NCBI GenBank assembly: GCA_002633005.1
Contig: NMRA01000380.1
Coordinates: 208,645 to 272,644, forward strand
Length of the DNA stretch: 64,000 bases
Direction of reading: 5' to 3'
Source of the DNA: Phoronis australis
Taxonomy: Eukaryota; Animalia; Phoronida
A model generated the notes under the pieces. That model worked only from the letters and a program-made list of their open reading frames with translations, ran no database searches and was not told the origin of the DNA. Shown here in pieces: positions 23,960 through 37,980 of the stretch (within the stretch, counting starts at the first letter, position 1; the number at the start of each line of letters is the position of its first letter). A program made the position numbers and the translations under genes.

Positions 23960-25300
23960 TCCTTTACTCACACAGGTAACATTTTTCAATCATTTTATGT
24001 TTATTATGAGCTTCTCTTTGACTAATGACATTTTCTAATAATATGACTAAAAATTGAGCCCTTACTTCAATGAAAATAAATAGGGTGTTGCATGAAGACA
24101 TCCCTGCTTGTTCACTCTCGCAGTGTATCATAGCCAAAAATTGAGTTAGTAATGAAACTAAAACAACATAAGAAAGGGCAATCAGTGTTTTCACAAGTCA
24201 GTCCACAAGTACGCATTTTATTTAGGAACCTTAATAGAGTCTCTGTTTGGGATTGTTTCATGCAACCGAGCATCAAGATACCGACAGACGGCCAGCTTCC
24301 AGTCATGGGCGAGATTATTTGGTATAGGTTTCTTGTGTTTACGGATGGAGAATTGGTGGAGACGGGGTAGGATTATTTACGGCGACCGGAGGACAGGTAG
24401 TGATAACGGGAATGTGATGGCGACTTGGGAGGAGTAAATGTTGGCGGCGTTCTGGGAAAAGCTTAAAACAACGTTTTGTTAAAACTAAAGCAAATTTATT
24501 GTTCTATTTTTAATGAAACGTAAAACCAACTGCAATGAAGAAACTCACGGACCTTCGTTCAGGTCTTTAAGAAAGACAAAACACTTGTCGGTTTTAATAA
24601 AAAAGATTTCAGAATACAAGTTTTCAATTTCCAGTTGACCGCTCTGGAGAAGTTTATGCGGAACATGTAGAAATTCGTTGGAGTCAGAGAAAGTAAAAGT
24701 TGTTTTATGGGGCACGTGCGCTCCTTGGCGTACACGAATTAAGCCACCAGATGGGGTTGCAATCTGGCGGGTTACACGGTCGAGATGTTTATATATTGAA
24801 GAATGAACAGTTGTTGCAATTTTCGTTTATTTTATTTTCTTCTGTTGTAGTTAACCAATTTTGCCGTTCAAACAAAAGTTCATTTTTCAAATGGTGGATT
24901 AAGTTTTGTAGACCGCAGTGTATAAAATTTTCACGAGCGACAACGATTGTCACTGGCACCCATCTCTGTTGCCTAGCCCCCAAACAAAAGGCCAATCTTG
25001 AAAGTCCAGAACATACTGTAATCTCAACCTGTAAGAAGCATTCATAATTACTGATTGCGAAATGCGAGGAACCACCTAATGTAATGAATCATTCTTAAGG
25101 ATCCTCAGTTTGAGCACTTTAATAATTTTTAAAAATCAACTGTTTTCCGAACTATATTTCAGTTTATGAATAAAAATCCCATAAAACATCCATTACTTAC
25201 TGCAAAGTAGGTCAGTCTGGATCAAAGTTGATCATTTTAATGTAGTGTAACACTTTAATTCAAGATCGGGCGATGTCACGTTTATAGAAGAACCATCAAT
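23960..25300 (-). mobile_element. Possible decayed LINE ORF1 / APE-endonuclease start
   Basis: Frameshifted VG.LDAR (compare G.LNARS) at ~24265-24290 and IFGYDTLR (compare I.GY...R.DR) at ~24118-24142. A Cys cluster CNNC...C lies upstream. Confidence 0.35.
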
Positions 25301-25459
25301 CACAGTTTCATAACCTGTTTCAAAGGGAGAAGGCCACTTTTGTAGTATATGGCACAACTTTGATTAGATGGAAAACGTGTCTACCTTTACGCAATATTAG
25401 TTATACACACCATAGCTTTTTCCAACCATGGACATTTTAGTTGGTTATCCAAACCGAAA

Positions 25460-27589
25460 TAGACCGGCAGCCCAGAGCACTTAACATAGATGTACGAGGT
25501 ACCAACATCTGACCATTGCAGAACTTAGATTTCACCTAAGTATATACAGAAATGGACGCCTGCCGTTGTCTACACTCTGGGTTCGACCCCTGGGGACCTT
25601 ACAAGGGGGCCAAAACTAGGCTAGATTACATATTCGATATACCGGCCAAAACTGATTTGAAACGTACACTTGTACCGCACTGAACACCAAATGACCTGTG
25701 ACAGACAAATTGCACTCTAGAATGGGTCCGGCAGAAACCAAAAATGACCCACCAAAACTGAGCTAGCTCATACATTCGAGGTACCACAAAAAACCAATTT
25801 CATGTGATTCAATACATGTCACTGATCACTAAATGCCCCATGATAGACAAAAAACGCTGTTGGTTGCGCCCGCTAGACCCCCCCCCCTCAACAACCGTAT
25901 GCCATTCAAAATTTGAACTAGATTAGATATTCGAGGTACTAGCTAAAACTGATATAAAACAAACAATATTACAGCACTGAACACCGAACGACCCATGGCA
26001 GACAAACTGCACTCTTGAAAGGGTCCACCGGAAACTCAAAAAGGACCCCACTCCAAGAAAATAAGCTATCTCATACATTCGAGGTGATACAAAAAGCCAA
26101 TTCCATGTGAATGAATACTGGTCACTAAATGTTCTATGACAGACAAAATACACTTTAGGTTATGTCCGCCAGAAATCCCAATAAAATCTCAATCACAGTA
26201 TGCCATTGAAAGTTTGAGCTACATTAGATATTCGAGGTACCGGCTAAAACTGACTTAAAATCAACAGTCGTGCTGCAATGAATACCGAATGGCACATGAC
26301 AGACAAATTGTCTTCACTAATTGGGTTGTTTTCGCAGTTCCTGGTATCCCAAAGTTATTAGGCATTTTCCGAAATTGTTACTTTCCGCCATCATCCATTC
26401 GGCACTGAGTGTGACGCTATTATTAACGTTAAGCAATCAGAGAGTTCAGCAGACGGAGAAAGTATTGCGGAAAAACAAGCATTCGCCATGAACTATAAAC
26501 AAAGCACGTGGTCACAACACCTTCTACGAAACTCTTCCAAGACTTGACCAGGATCTTCATTATCTAATATATTACATATTTTTAACAAAATTATGTGGTT
26601 GAGATTTCTGGGGCTGGCACGCACACCCAGAATGGGTTTTGTCTATCAGAGGCCATTTAGTAACCAGTAACTTCTATTTGAATCACGTGGAATTGTTTAT
26701 TGTGGTACCTTGAATATATGAGCTAGCTCCTTTTTGGGTGTCGTTATTGAGTTTCTGGCGGACCCTTTCCAGAGAACAATTTGTCTGTCATTGGTCATCC
26801 GGTGCTCATTGGGGCACGATTGTTGGTTTTAAGTCAGCCGGTACCTCGAATATCTAATGTAGCTCGAACTTTCAAGGCATACCGTGCTTCAGATTTTTGG
26901 AGGGCACAACCCAAAGTGTATTTTGTCTGTCACAGGACATTTTGTGACCAGTGACATGTATTCATTCACATGGCTTGATGTGATAACTCGAATGTATGAC
27001 CTAGCTCATTTTTGAGGGGTCCTTTTTGGGTTTCTGGCGTATCCTTTCCAGAGTGCATTTTGTCTGCCATGGGTCATTCAGTGCTCAGTGCAGTACTATT
27101 GTTCGTTTTAAATCAGTTTAAGCTGGTACCTCGAATATCTAACCTAGCTCAAATTTTCAATGTCATACGGTGGTTGACATTTTTGGTAATTTCTGGGGGG
27201 CACAACCCAGAGTGTATTTTGTTTGTCATGGGGCATTTAGTGATCAGTGAGTCATATGGAATTCGTTTTTTGTGGTACCTCGAATGCATGAGATTTTAGG
27301 GGGGTCTTTGTGATTTCTGCCGGACCCATTCCAGAATGCACTTTGTCTGTCACAGGTCATTTGGTGTTCAGTGCGGTACTAGTGTACGTTTCAAATCAGT
27401 TTTGGCCGGTACTTCGAATATCTAATTTAGCTCATGTTGGCCCCCTTGTAAGGTTCCAGGGGTCGCACCCAGAGTTCAGACAACGGCAGACGTCCACTTC
27501 CGTATATACTGAGGTGGACTCTAAGTGCTCCTATGGTCCGATGTTGGTACCTCGTTCATCTATGCTAAGTGCTCTGGGTTGTAGGTCTA
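25460..27589. mobile_element. Non-autonomous Academ-like element with ~850-950-bp TIRs
   Basis: Termini TAGACCGGCAGCCCAGAGC and GCTCTGGGTTGTAGGTCTA, with AAA on both flanks (3-bp TSD). The arms are inverted copies built from ~300-bp subrepeats around a short non-coding core (~26320-26590). Confidence 0.8.
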
Positions 27590-28187
27590 AAACTAGAGAC
27601 ATTCGTGTATTCCGTTTTGATACCAAGAAAACCTAAGAACTAGGCTCTCCAAACGTCCAAACACAGGTATTACCGGTCCCGCGGTATTTATAAGCTGCGT
27701 AAAGTATTTCCACATTTCTTGAAGGCCAAAGGGTTTTCTCCCAATTTCAAAATGTCACTTGCAATAACTATTTTCTTCAAAGTCTATCCGCCAGCTTTTC
27801 CGCATCACTAAAATCTACGAAGACACTTACGCCATACAACGCATGTCATACCCTCTAGCGAGACGGATGTCACGAAACAAATGCGTCATTTTTACGCTTT
27901 ATTTCCGACAGTAAGATGTCACGGAAGTTTCTCGTGAAACACGCTATAGGCCAACTCCACGAACAATAGCGTGCACTTTACGAAAGTGTTACCCGCGGTA
28001 AGAACACGTTAGTTTGACTGGCGTATTTAATGACGTAAAAGGCTTCAGTTTGCTTCAGTAAGCCCATTTTCTTATCAATGAGGTTAATGAAGTATGTCTA
28101 TTAGTCACACCTCGAACTAACTTTTCTGACTAGGCAATGCAAAAGGCAAAGTTTCTTCGGCAATATACGAACTGCATATTAGAAATG

Positions 28188-28419
28188 GGGCCCGTTACAC
28201 CAAAACTTTCTTAGCTAAGATAAATCTTAAATTTCAATCAATTTTAAGATAAAGTTTAAATTTGCCTTAAGTCCGTTTTAAGAAAGAGGTCTTACCTCAA
28301 TTTTTACTTAATTTTGACTAACTTGCTAGATGTGAGCGTTACAAAGTTTGGAAGTTGAAACATACATGTATTAGACTTAGGTAAAAATGAATTGTTTGTC
28401 AGTTTCTTAAACGTGACCC
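28188..28419. mobile_element. Diverged inverted copy of the 3987-4240 MITE
   Basis: Shares cttagctaaga.aaatc and cttaattttgactaactt with the reverse complement of 3987-4240. Confidence 0.65.
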
Positions 28420-29407
28420 TGGTTTGTATTGCAGATTAATCCAGTTTTAATTCAGAAGCCGAGTGTGGCTTCATAGTCTTTACACTACGTCTACAAGTCG
28501 ACAACACTCGAAATGTGTAAAGTTTAAACTGGTTACATTGTTGCAGTTCAGAGTATGGTTCACCTTGTTCCCGTAAGTTGCTGAGTGCCTATTTCGTTGA
28601 AACTTCCGTGAAATCAAGAGCACAGATTGAAACATTGATGCTAGCACCGTGCCCTGTTGACAATTGAAAAAATTCCATGTCTGATAAGTTGCGGTTACAT
28701 ATTACACCCCCACGCGCTCTGGTCACCTGCAAAAAGCACATCACCATACCTTTTATGTTTCGAATGCAATAATGCAATAATCCTAATCTGATGAAAATAA
28801 TTACTACTTTTTAACAAACGGGCAACTGACATATCCTTATCAACAGGCCAGATTTCTTTTAACGTCCTAAGAAATCGTGCGGGGTAAAGCACCTCGCTTA
28901 GCCTAGTCTGTGTGTAGCAAGGCTTGTAAACGCTACTCCCATGTCATGGCAAGCGGAGACGCCGATAAATAATCTGTTAAAGAAAGCATTTTTGGTCACT
29001 CGACGTCAGAAATTATGAGTAACGATTTTCCATGGACACAAAAATCAGTTGCTTACTAAGGAATCATTATATAATGAATAAGTTATGTATCTTGAATGAT
29101 TGCAAACATAGCAGAAATGTGAAGAAACTCGTCTGTTCTTATGCCGCCGTGGGCACGAAGACACAAATATAGGCGCACGAAGACGCGTATTATATATCAG
29201 TTCGTTTTTTGTTGTATCTCCACCTTCTGGGTTGTTGATAGCAGCCTCTTACTTTAAGTGAGAGCGCCTCAAATCTAATCATTCGCCCTTAAAATGCTGG
29301 ATGCAGTTAGGCTTCTCGCCCTTCCGTCCGTCGTCTGTCGTCGGCCGCCTGCTGCCTGTCCGTCCGTCTTTCGTTTCTTTTTGTACCATTCTGTTTATCA
29401 CTCCAAG

Positions 29408-32400
29408 TAGACCGGGATCCCAGAGCTTTTTGGGCATGAAAAGGCAACCAATTTTGTTTGGTACCACAGTGCTCTATGGGTATCCTCATGCTTGGAAATG
29501 GCCGTCTGGTATGTTTGCTCTGGTGGATGTGGTCAGGGGAGGCAAGAGAATGACACTCAAAAATTGAGCTAGATCAATTTTTCTGCTAACAACTTAAAAC
29601 TGCTTACAATACCTACTACGTAATCCACTGTATTACAGTTGGTCACGGCCAGACAATTTCAGTGGTGGGGAGTATCAGCCAGACGGTTATAAACGATAAA
29701 AATTGAGCCTGATCAATCGAAACCAGTAGCAAATTAAATATTTACCGTGAGCCCAGGTATCACGAATAAACACTGCCAGACAAATCTAATAGTGGGTTAG
29801 CCACGCCAGACACGCCCAAATACCTGAGTTGAGCTAGATCAACCTAAAAGGTAATCGCATGAAACCAGTTGCAAAATATTCACCATAAGCCCAGGTATCA
29901 AGAATAAACAGTGCCAGACAAATCTAGTGGTGGGTTAGTCCCGCTATACATGCCCAAATACCCGAGTTGAGCTGGATCAACCCACTAGGTAACCGTTTGA
30001 AACCAATTTCACGATGTTCATTATCACTGCACATGGACCAACAATTTTAGCGGTGGGGTGCCCCCGTCAGACAAATTATGGAGAGGCGAAACAAAATTCA
30101 TTACAAACCCATTCACGCTGAGCAAGCACAACATTGAGGAACTAAGGATTTCAATTTTCATATATTTTAAACCAGTGAGTCCCGTACGACATAGGTCGCT
30201 ACACAATGTGAGAGATTTTTGTCCAGATGTTTACGTCAGGGGATGGAAACCAGAAACGTCGCGCCTGAGATTACAGCAACTTCACAAATATATGCGACAA
30301 CAGCGAAATACTACACATTATTCACTATTGAAAACAAAACTTAATAACCTGTCCGTGACGGATGCCACATTGTGTTAGCACAATTCTCGCTTCTTCGTAG
30401 TCCTATTTTTCCAGTCTAAACTATTTCCCTATGTTTTTGGACGAATTTTACCCAAATCCACTGCTGAAATGAGAAATAATCGAGATAGCGACTTTTGCTG
30501 TCGTCAGCGTTAGGTATGCGTTGCATCTACCTTCATTTCACACACTGATTAATGCTCAGTTTTTGGCAATCTACATCTTCCTTATATACCGTTCCCACGG
30601 AGAACACCAGTGCTACGTCAAGAGCAATGACGTCAGTGGTTATATCAACATTTTCCCAACAATGCTAGATGCATTCTTTGCCCTGAGATACGCCAACTGG
30701 GGACCATTGCTTTACCAAATGTTGACATTCGCAGAACCAATATTACGTGAAGTGCTGTAAAACGGCGCGTTCTCAGTGCAACGTACGAGGAAAAACTTCA
30801 GTGGATCGGCTGCTAACCTCTCTTTGGAACAGTCCGTTAACCGGGATGCAGCGTCGAGCATGATAGGAGTATAGTGTCTTTCCGCAACTCTGCGAATGCA
30901 ATGCGTCGATTTTCCCTCTCTAAGACACAAAGGGCAATGGCTGTTACTGAACTTAAAACAATGACAAGACTTGAAATCGGGTAGAATGCAAAGAGTCAGT
31001 GCAATCCTTCAAGTATCAAAAAGATAGCGAACAAATGGCATCACTCAGAGTGAAAATCGACAATTTCTGCAATCCCTTTGCGGACGATGCTCCACCTGGT
31101 CTGGTTAACATCGCAAGTGGCCAAGCAGCGTCCCAAGCAACGGAAGACTATCTGATCAATGCGCTGATCCGAGGCCATGATGCGAGAGGAAAATTCCAAC
31201 ACGAATGGGAAAACTACACAAACAGGTTTCTGCGACCAGCGAAGCGTACTGCTGTCCAAAATTTCGCTGCTGATAGTGTTAAGAAAAAAACCAAGTCATC
31301 GGCCTCACAGAGAAAGGAGACAACCACGGAGAGCCTCAGAGATTTGTTCATACGCATAATCGTAGTTGTTACAGAGAGCACAGACTTCGACCTCCGAAAA
31401 TTTTACTGACACTCAGTCACAGATCCTTATCCGTTATCACTTGCTCACTGATCTGCTTTGTTGAAAAATACTTGAATTGCTCAAGACAGAACCTATGACA
31501 GGGCTGGAAGGTTTTTGGTGGCGGATTTCTTCTACATTCAGTCATGTCACAGATGGGAATAGGTGCAACTCACGGATCAGTTGCACGATCGATGTTATCA
31601 GTGGTCTGTTTGAAGACAAGTATGTTGAAAACTAAATTAATGACAGTAAACGGTAACAACGCGGCGAACTTAGTTCCATGAATGCCAACAGGGCCTGGTC
31701 AAACCATGCGACAGAGCTCAAAAACACCTCTTAGCAACACCGCGTTCAAGAATAAACTGGTATATGTTTGGAGGGGAAACCTTGTTTCCCACGGTGGTGA
31801 CTGCTACCAGCCTCTTCCCGACGATAACCAGCACATCATGGACACAAAACCTGACCATCTTCTAGGCGACGACGAGGAAGCGGACACGTTGATGGCGTTC
31901 CATGTCTCAAATATCCCTATCGGCTACGTGACAGTGGGGGTTTCAGATACAGATGTGCAGTAGCGAGAACTACGATCCACGACCAACGTTGTCACGGACT
32001 GTTGGACGGGAAACAGCAGGAGTTTAATCAACATTTCCAACATAGCAAACGCTCTTGAAGAGCGCAAATACCGACTTGCTAGACCAATGCCTGGATACCA
32101 TGCCTTCACTGGATGTGACATTTCAGTTAGCTGTTATTACGTCTGCCATGTAAATGAAGTCTAAATAACGTGTTATGATTGCTTCCTTTATATTAAAAAT
32201 GTTTCTATTATGAATTAGTTTTATACGTCATTGCTTATTTTTCCGGAAAGGCAAAGTCAAGCCCTTGGACATTGCTGAAAGTGATGAAAAAGCAAACCAA
32301 TATGTTCACTACTTTTGGAGATGTCGGTATGTCACTGAATTCGTGTATGACATGTACGCAAAAAGCAAGGTCAAAGATGTTAACGAGGACCGGTTCCTCA

Positions 32401-34525
32401 AACTTATGGACATGACTGGCAAAGTTGTTGAGGTATGTAGTGATAATACGTAAGCAATATGACTATTCGATCCGATAATGTCTAGCTATCATCAAATTCA
32501 CCTATGCATATAGTCTTTAATTTTCTTTCAGGAGAACCCACTTGCAAATGTAAAACGAATTGACCGCACGTTGCTCCCACTTGTCTTCGTAGCCTGCAAA
32601 TGAAGAGCCGCCGAACTCAGTACGTCACAGCACCATGGACCCGTGCCGCGACAGCATATGTTGAGATGGACTGACACCAACTGAATATGGTTGGAATGCA
32701 ACTGAAACTCACAAGCTACTGCCAATTTGGTTTGAGGGGTCTATTTTCCCTGACATATTGTTCAGTTCGAATGGAGAAGTCAACAACAGTAATCATGGGA
32801 ATGAAGAAACTATCATTAGAGTTAGTTCGCCTGAAGAACTGGTAGATTCCGAAGATGAACCATGGAGGGAAGATTCCGACTCCGATAAAGAGGATTAGTT
32901 ACGGCGCTTTGGACATGATTAAAATATGCACAGTGAATAAGTTGGCTCATTGGAATGAGATGAATATTGGTTTTAGCGATATGCCCCCTTTCATTTTTTG
33001 TTTGTTATTGTGTTCTCCAAAAAGGCTGAAAACACCTCTACGGCACCTGACATTGGCTTCATATGGTCGTGTTAGATTGCCTGGAAAGTATCAAATGTGA
33101 TAGTTTTTTAGTTAAGTTATATTGACAACCATTTCATTTGCCCGACAGATACGCCGGCAATAGAACTGTTCGTTTTATGTCTTCATAATGCAAATAAAAC
33201 ACAAATTGATTATTTATAGATGATGTATATGGTGCTCAGCCATCGTGGTGACGGCCTCGAGCATCCACATTCGAGGAAGGGGTACCCAACCACAACGTAT
33301 TGATCTTTTTGGAAATTGTGACTGATTTGCACTTGCTTTGAATAAAGATTCCAGGTTATGTTTCACCTTTTTAATTTATTATTACTAAGAGAGATGCATT
33401 TGACTAGACAGAGAGGGGCGACCAACAAAAAGTTGCCCGTACGTCGACGAAACCTCTGCGTGCTATGGCCCTACCGCTGAAAGTGTATGTAAGGTACCTT
33501 TTGTGGCATGTGGAGTGTTGCTGGACATTATGCAAATGGTTTTAAATTGTTACCTGGCAGGTAAATCAGATAGTTGGTCGGGTCTGTCGGAGCTAATCCA
33601 CCACCTGATTTGTCTCGCTGTGTTTATTCATCATACATGGATTTACGTTACTGGTTTCTTGTGGTTTCCTCTTGGGTTGATTTAGCTCGCATTTTGGCCC
33701 TGGTGTGTCAAGTGCAGTAATGCTGAACATCGTGCAATTGGTTTAAAATTGTTACCTGGTGTTTTGATCTAGCTCAACGTGGGTATTTGGGCGTGTCTAT
33801 CCGGGCTAGTTAACTCACCACTAGATTTGTCTGGCAGTGTTTATTCGTGATACCTGACCTTACGGTGAATATTTTGCAACTGGTTTTATGCGGTTACCTC
33901 TTGGGTTGATCTAGTTCAACTCAGATAATTGGGCGTGTCTGGTGGGGCTAACCCACCACTAGATGTGCCTGGCTGTGTTTATTCGTGATACCTGGGCTTA
34001 CGGCGATTATTTTGCAACTGGTTTCATGCGGTTACCGGTTGGGTTGATCTAGATCAATTTTTAACCCTTTTTGATAATTGTGTGGCAGAGGCACCCCACC
34101 ACTGAAATTGTCTGGCATCTTACTGTAGTGCCAAGTGCAGTGATGCTGAACATCGTGCAATTGGTCTCAAACGGTTACCTGGTGGGTTAATTTAGCTCAA
34201 GTCAGGTATTTGGGCGTGTTTGGCAAGGCTACGCCACCACTAGATTTGTGTGGCAGTGTTTATTCGTGGTACCTGGGCTCACGGTGTATATTTTGCAACT
34301 AGTTACATGCGGTTACCTCTTCGATTGATCTAGCTCAGATTTTTTACCCTGTTTATAACCGTCTGGCTGATACTCCCTACAGATGAAATTGTCTGTCAGT
34401 GACTAATTTTGATTCAATATATTACGTAGTAGGTATCCAAGGCAGTTTGAAGTGGTTACCAGAAAAATTGATCTAGCTCAATTTTGAGTGTCATTCTCTT
34501 GGCTCCCCTGACCACATCCACCAGA
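29408..34525 (+). mobile_element. Decayed Academ (AcademX-like) DNA transposon, right TIR truncated
   Basis: Left terminus TAGACCGGGATCCCAGAGC. 29519-30130 is inverted relative to 33530-34525 and contains ~130-bp subrepeats. Internal coding remnants include NPFADD..GLVNIASG, DEEADTLMAFH, SDTDV, MPGYHAFTGCD, FRKGK and TLLP (XPG/FEN1-like motifs). Confidence 0.8.
30560..32900 (+). pseudogene. Academ transposase/XPG-like nuclease pseudogene
   Basis: Fragments in ORFs 30999-31409, 31682-31963 and 32265-32453; multiple stops and frameshifts; acidic tail DSEDEPWREDSDSDKED. Confidence 0.75.
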
Positions 34526-35814
34526 CATTTTTACGATTAGTTATTTTGTGGAAGATTCTTCATTCAGGGCTGCGAAAAAGGTAGTATAATCGTGTTGTTC
34601 GCTTGTAATGTGTGGCAATAAGATCCTCTCGTGTGATCTTCACTCATGTGAATTTCACGCGTCTACGAAACATAACCCAGGGTACCAGGTGGCCGGAAAT
34701 GACTATTTGACGTTGTGTTTTTCATCTGGCATCACACAACCACTTGTATTGTGGCGTATCCATTTATCTATAGATGGCCGTGTGCCCGGTCTTTTAGAGA
34801 GTAGGCGTTTTCTCTCGCAGAATGCGCGTATTAAGTTGCATAATTATGAGACAACTATACCCGTGTATATCGACCCACGCTGAGGCCAATTTTCTCATTC
34901 CTGTCATTTTGTTATTTAATGGGAATATTTTTAGGACATTTTTCATTGTGTGACTGCAATATCGTGTATAATTACTTGATGCGTGAAAACTAATATGTCT
35001 TACAACAGTCTACAGTTACACGATTATTGTGACAAATTACGTTAAAAAGTTATAGAGTGAAACACTGAACGTTTTATTGCGATTAGATTTCTTAGCCAGC
35101 GTTAAGTGCCTTGGGATACTAGATACATGTTGACGGAGGATGCCGGCGGAAAAGTACGTCACCCATCCATTTAGAGGAGGTGCTTAAAAGGAGGAGCAAT
35201 TGGTAGGGAGCTTCCGTGAAAGGGGTGGCCTTTGGTGGGGCTGTATTCCAGAAACACCACTCTTTCTTACGGTTTTTGAATTCCATAAAGCAGATGAGAT
35301 TAATAGACACAACTCATTTTAATGAGACTAAAGCCTTCCACGAACGAGGTGTGGTTATTCTTAATGTTGGACCGCCTCGTCAGACAACGCCACGAACAGC
35401 TCATTGCGGAGCCGGGCTGAAGCCAGCTAAAGAGATAATCAGAAATACATGCATTTTTAAACAATGCCGATTAAAAATAGTGTTGTTTCAATTACGAGTT
35501 CTTTATATTAGTTCTTGTTAAGATAATATGTTTTTTATCATTTAGGCGTACAAGCAAGTAAAATACTTCTGTTGACTGATTGAAGGTTCGGACCGATTCC
35601 GGAGCACAAACTTTTAATAATCATTGCATACCTTTCGTTGTAGAGTTTAGTGTATGGTAATAATTGGAAGTCATGTGTCTATATACAAGTGTATTTTAAC
35701 CATTTGAAAACAACCGCTCACTGCATAAGTTAAGGATTAAAAAATTGTCCGAAAGTTGCTAACTCTGGAATATCAAATCGGCTGGTCGGATTTTTATGAA
35801 ACTTTCTGATACAT

Positions 35815-35888
35815 ATAGATTATTACATGGTGAAGTCGTTATCCCCGTTATCTAGAGCCCGAGTGGATTTTGGAGAATTATCGCCCGA
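35815..35888. repeat. Single arm of the 9.5-kb palindromic repeat
   Basis: gaagtcgttatccccgttatctagagcccgagtggattttggagaattatcgcccga matches the reverse complement of ~9555-9612. Confidence 0.75.
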
Positions 35889-36638
35889 TGATCTTCATGA
35901 AAAATACTCAAAGTTTGTGTAAAACTAAGAAGAAAGGATTATTCAGAAGACCGCATCAGCGTTCGCAAGTTCAAGAAAATCTCGAATAGACCGTGAGAAA
36001 TGGCCCAGTACTCGCCAGCTCGGCATGCGCAGACCCGAGTATAGCTTGCGCTTGTTATTGGATAAATGTGGGGAGGGGGGCGTTCCACATAAAGTGGGAC
36101 AAGTTGCAGTAGTGCAAGTTGTTCCAGGGTAAGTCTGTGTGTGGACGAGATTGAAGGATAAGGTGGGGTAAACTGTCACTCGTGTGAGTATCCCCAGCGT
36201 AATTAGCGTCCACACCAGTACTACTAAACCAAGCGACAACTCGTTCCAGGAATACCTTGTTCTAGGGTAACTCGTTGTGTGGACTGCTAGGCTAACGAAT
36301 ATGAACAATTGAGATGGCGTTAGTAGATAACGCTTTATCATCAATAACCTAATGCTTGTTCGTTTTGATTTAAAGGCGAAGGCAACCTTTTTCCATGTCA
36401 TTTTGAGCTAAAATAAGGTTGGTTGGTTATCCTAGACATATTTTTCACTTAATTACAGCTTTTCGTAATTTTATTAATTATTCGTCCGCTTTTCCGGAAG
36501 TGACGTTTTAGGAGGCAAGCGCTTCCCGCCAATTTCTTTTCACATAGTCTGACTGTGAGAGCTGCCGAGTCAGTCATTGTTCTACCTCGGTTGTGTTAAG
36601 TTCCGTCGTCGTTCGCTTTCATTTACTAGTCAGTCAAC

Positions 36639-37712
36639 ATGCCACACTGTTGCTGCGTACCGGGATGTAGTAATTATCGGCTCACGCGCGCTTTGGGAGT
36701 GTCTTTGCATCGCTTTCCGATGGATGACACACTTCGCCGTACTTGGCTCGTTCGTGTGAAGAACGCAGCGTTACCCGTCCACGCAACGTACAAAGCAGTG
36801 GAGAATTACCGTGTGTGTGGCAAGCACTTTCTGCCGTCCGATTACGAAAGGGATTTGTACGCTGAACTGATGAAGGTCCCCGCGAAACAACGCTTGAAGA
36901 AGGATGCCATTCCGTCTGTGTTGATTCCCGGCAGTGCCCCGTCGCCACCCCCGAGAAGTGCGTTTTTGAAGCGAGAAGCCTCGCGAGCTGTGGCCAGTAC
37001 AGTGACTGGAGCCAGTGGAGGCACTTCATCTACTGTCACCCGTGCCTCCGAACGTACCCCAGAGCGTGCAATTCCTGGAACCAGTAGTGATTCGCCCTGT
37101 GCTGTTTTCTCCAGCCCAGAGCCTCTAAGCAGCCCTGCAGCGATATTGAGTAGTGGGAGTGATTACAGGCCCAGTTCGACACCCAGTGAAGAGGACAGTT
37201 CGTCGTCCAGTGAACAGATCGGTGAGCCAAACTTTGATAAGTTTATTGTGGACTTGTCTAAAGTGTTGGAGCTATTTAGAAGGTGCCAGGTGTGTGGCGA
37301 GGGAGTCACACGACACAATGTAAGCAGTTTGGGTGCTCAGGTCACCATCCAGTGGGAGTGTGTCACGGGACACTCTGGCAAGTGGGACAGTTGTTCCTCT
37401 GTCCGTGGTATGCCGGAGGTCCACTTAACCATGTCCAGTGGTGTGCTCTTCACTGGAAACACGTTTCAGTCGGTGAAGACAATGATGGACTTTGGAAAAG
37501 TCAAGTTTTTTTTCGAAAACAACATTCAACAACATTCAGAATTCCTATTTAATACCAGTTGTCAATGACGCATACATGTCACAACATCTCGAGTTGGTGG
37601 CGGAATTCATGGAGAAGGAGAACTTGTCTGACTCACCAGGGCGGTCCGCCAAGTATACCACATACACTCTAATGGAGGAAGAGACCAAAAAGATAATTGA
37701 TGTGGAACTCGG
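36639..37712 (+). pseudogene. THAP-domain Kolobok transposase, frameshifted and truncated
   Basis: THAP motif CCVPGC...LHRFP...W...VCGKHF...LKKDAIPS, then CxxC...C..GH...W.S. A frameshift at the T8 run (37506-37513) continues into DSPGRSAKYTTYTLM...IIDVEL. The rest of the catalytic domain is deleted. Confidence 0.85.
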
Positions 37713-37980
37713 AACAGCACAAGCATTCAATTGAGGTAGGCATAACAACGCACACAGTGCATTTGCACCAAGATGTGTCACCACGTCTGTCTTCAGTAGC
37801 CGCCTCGTTTCTCTCAACAGCTGCCTGTGCCTGTGTGTACTCTGCCTCGTTGTACTCGGGCTCAAACATGTACCCACCCACTGAATGTCCGTGAAAAAAT
37901 TCCTCGTCACCACTGCTGTGAACAAGGTCTCCGTCACTCACACTACTGTCACTGTGATACGGGTCACCGACTCCAGCCAT
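37705..37980 (-). pseudogene. KolX-like protein N-terminus (P2X7 C-terminal-like Cys cluster), truncated
   Basis: GYMFEPEY...DTSWCKCTVCVVMPTSIECLCCSE, convergent with the transposase inside the same TIRs. Confidence 0.75.

Noticed and set aside
35943-36401. 152-aa ORF as a real gene
   Set aside because: Starts inside the Kolobok TIR and runs through low-complexity repeat-like flank; no recognisable motifs.
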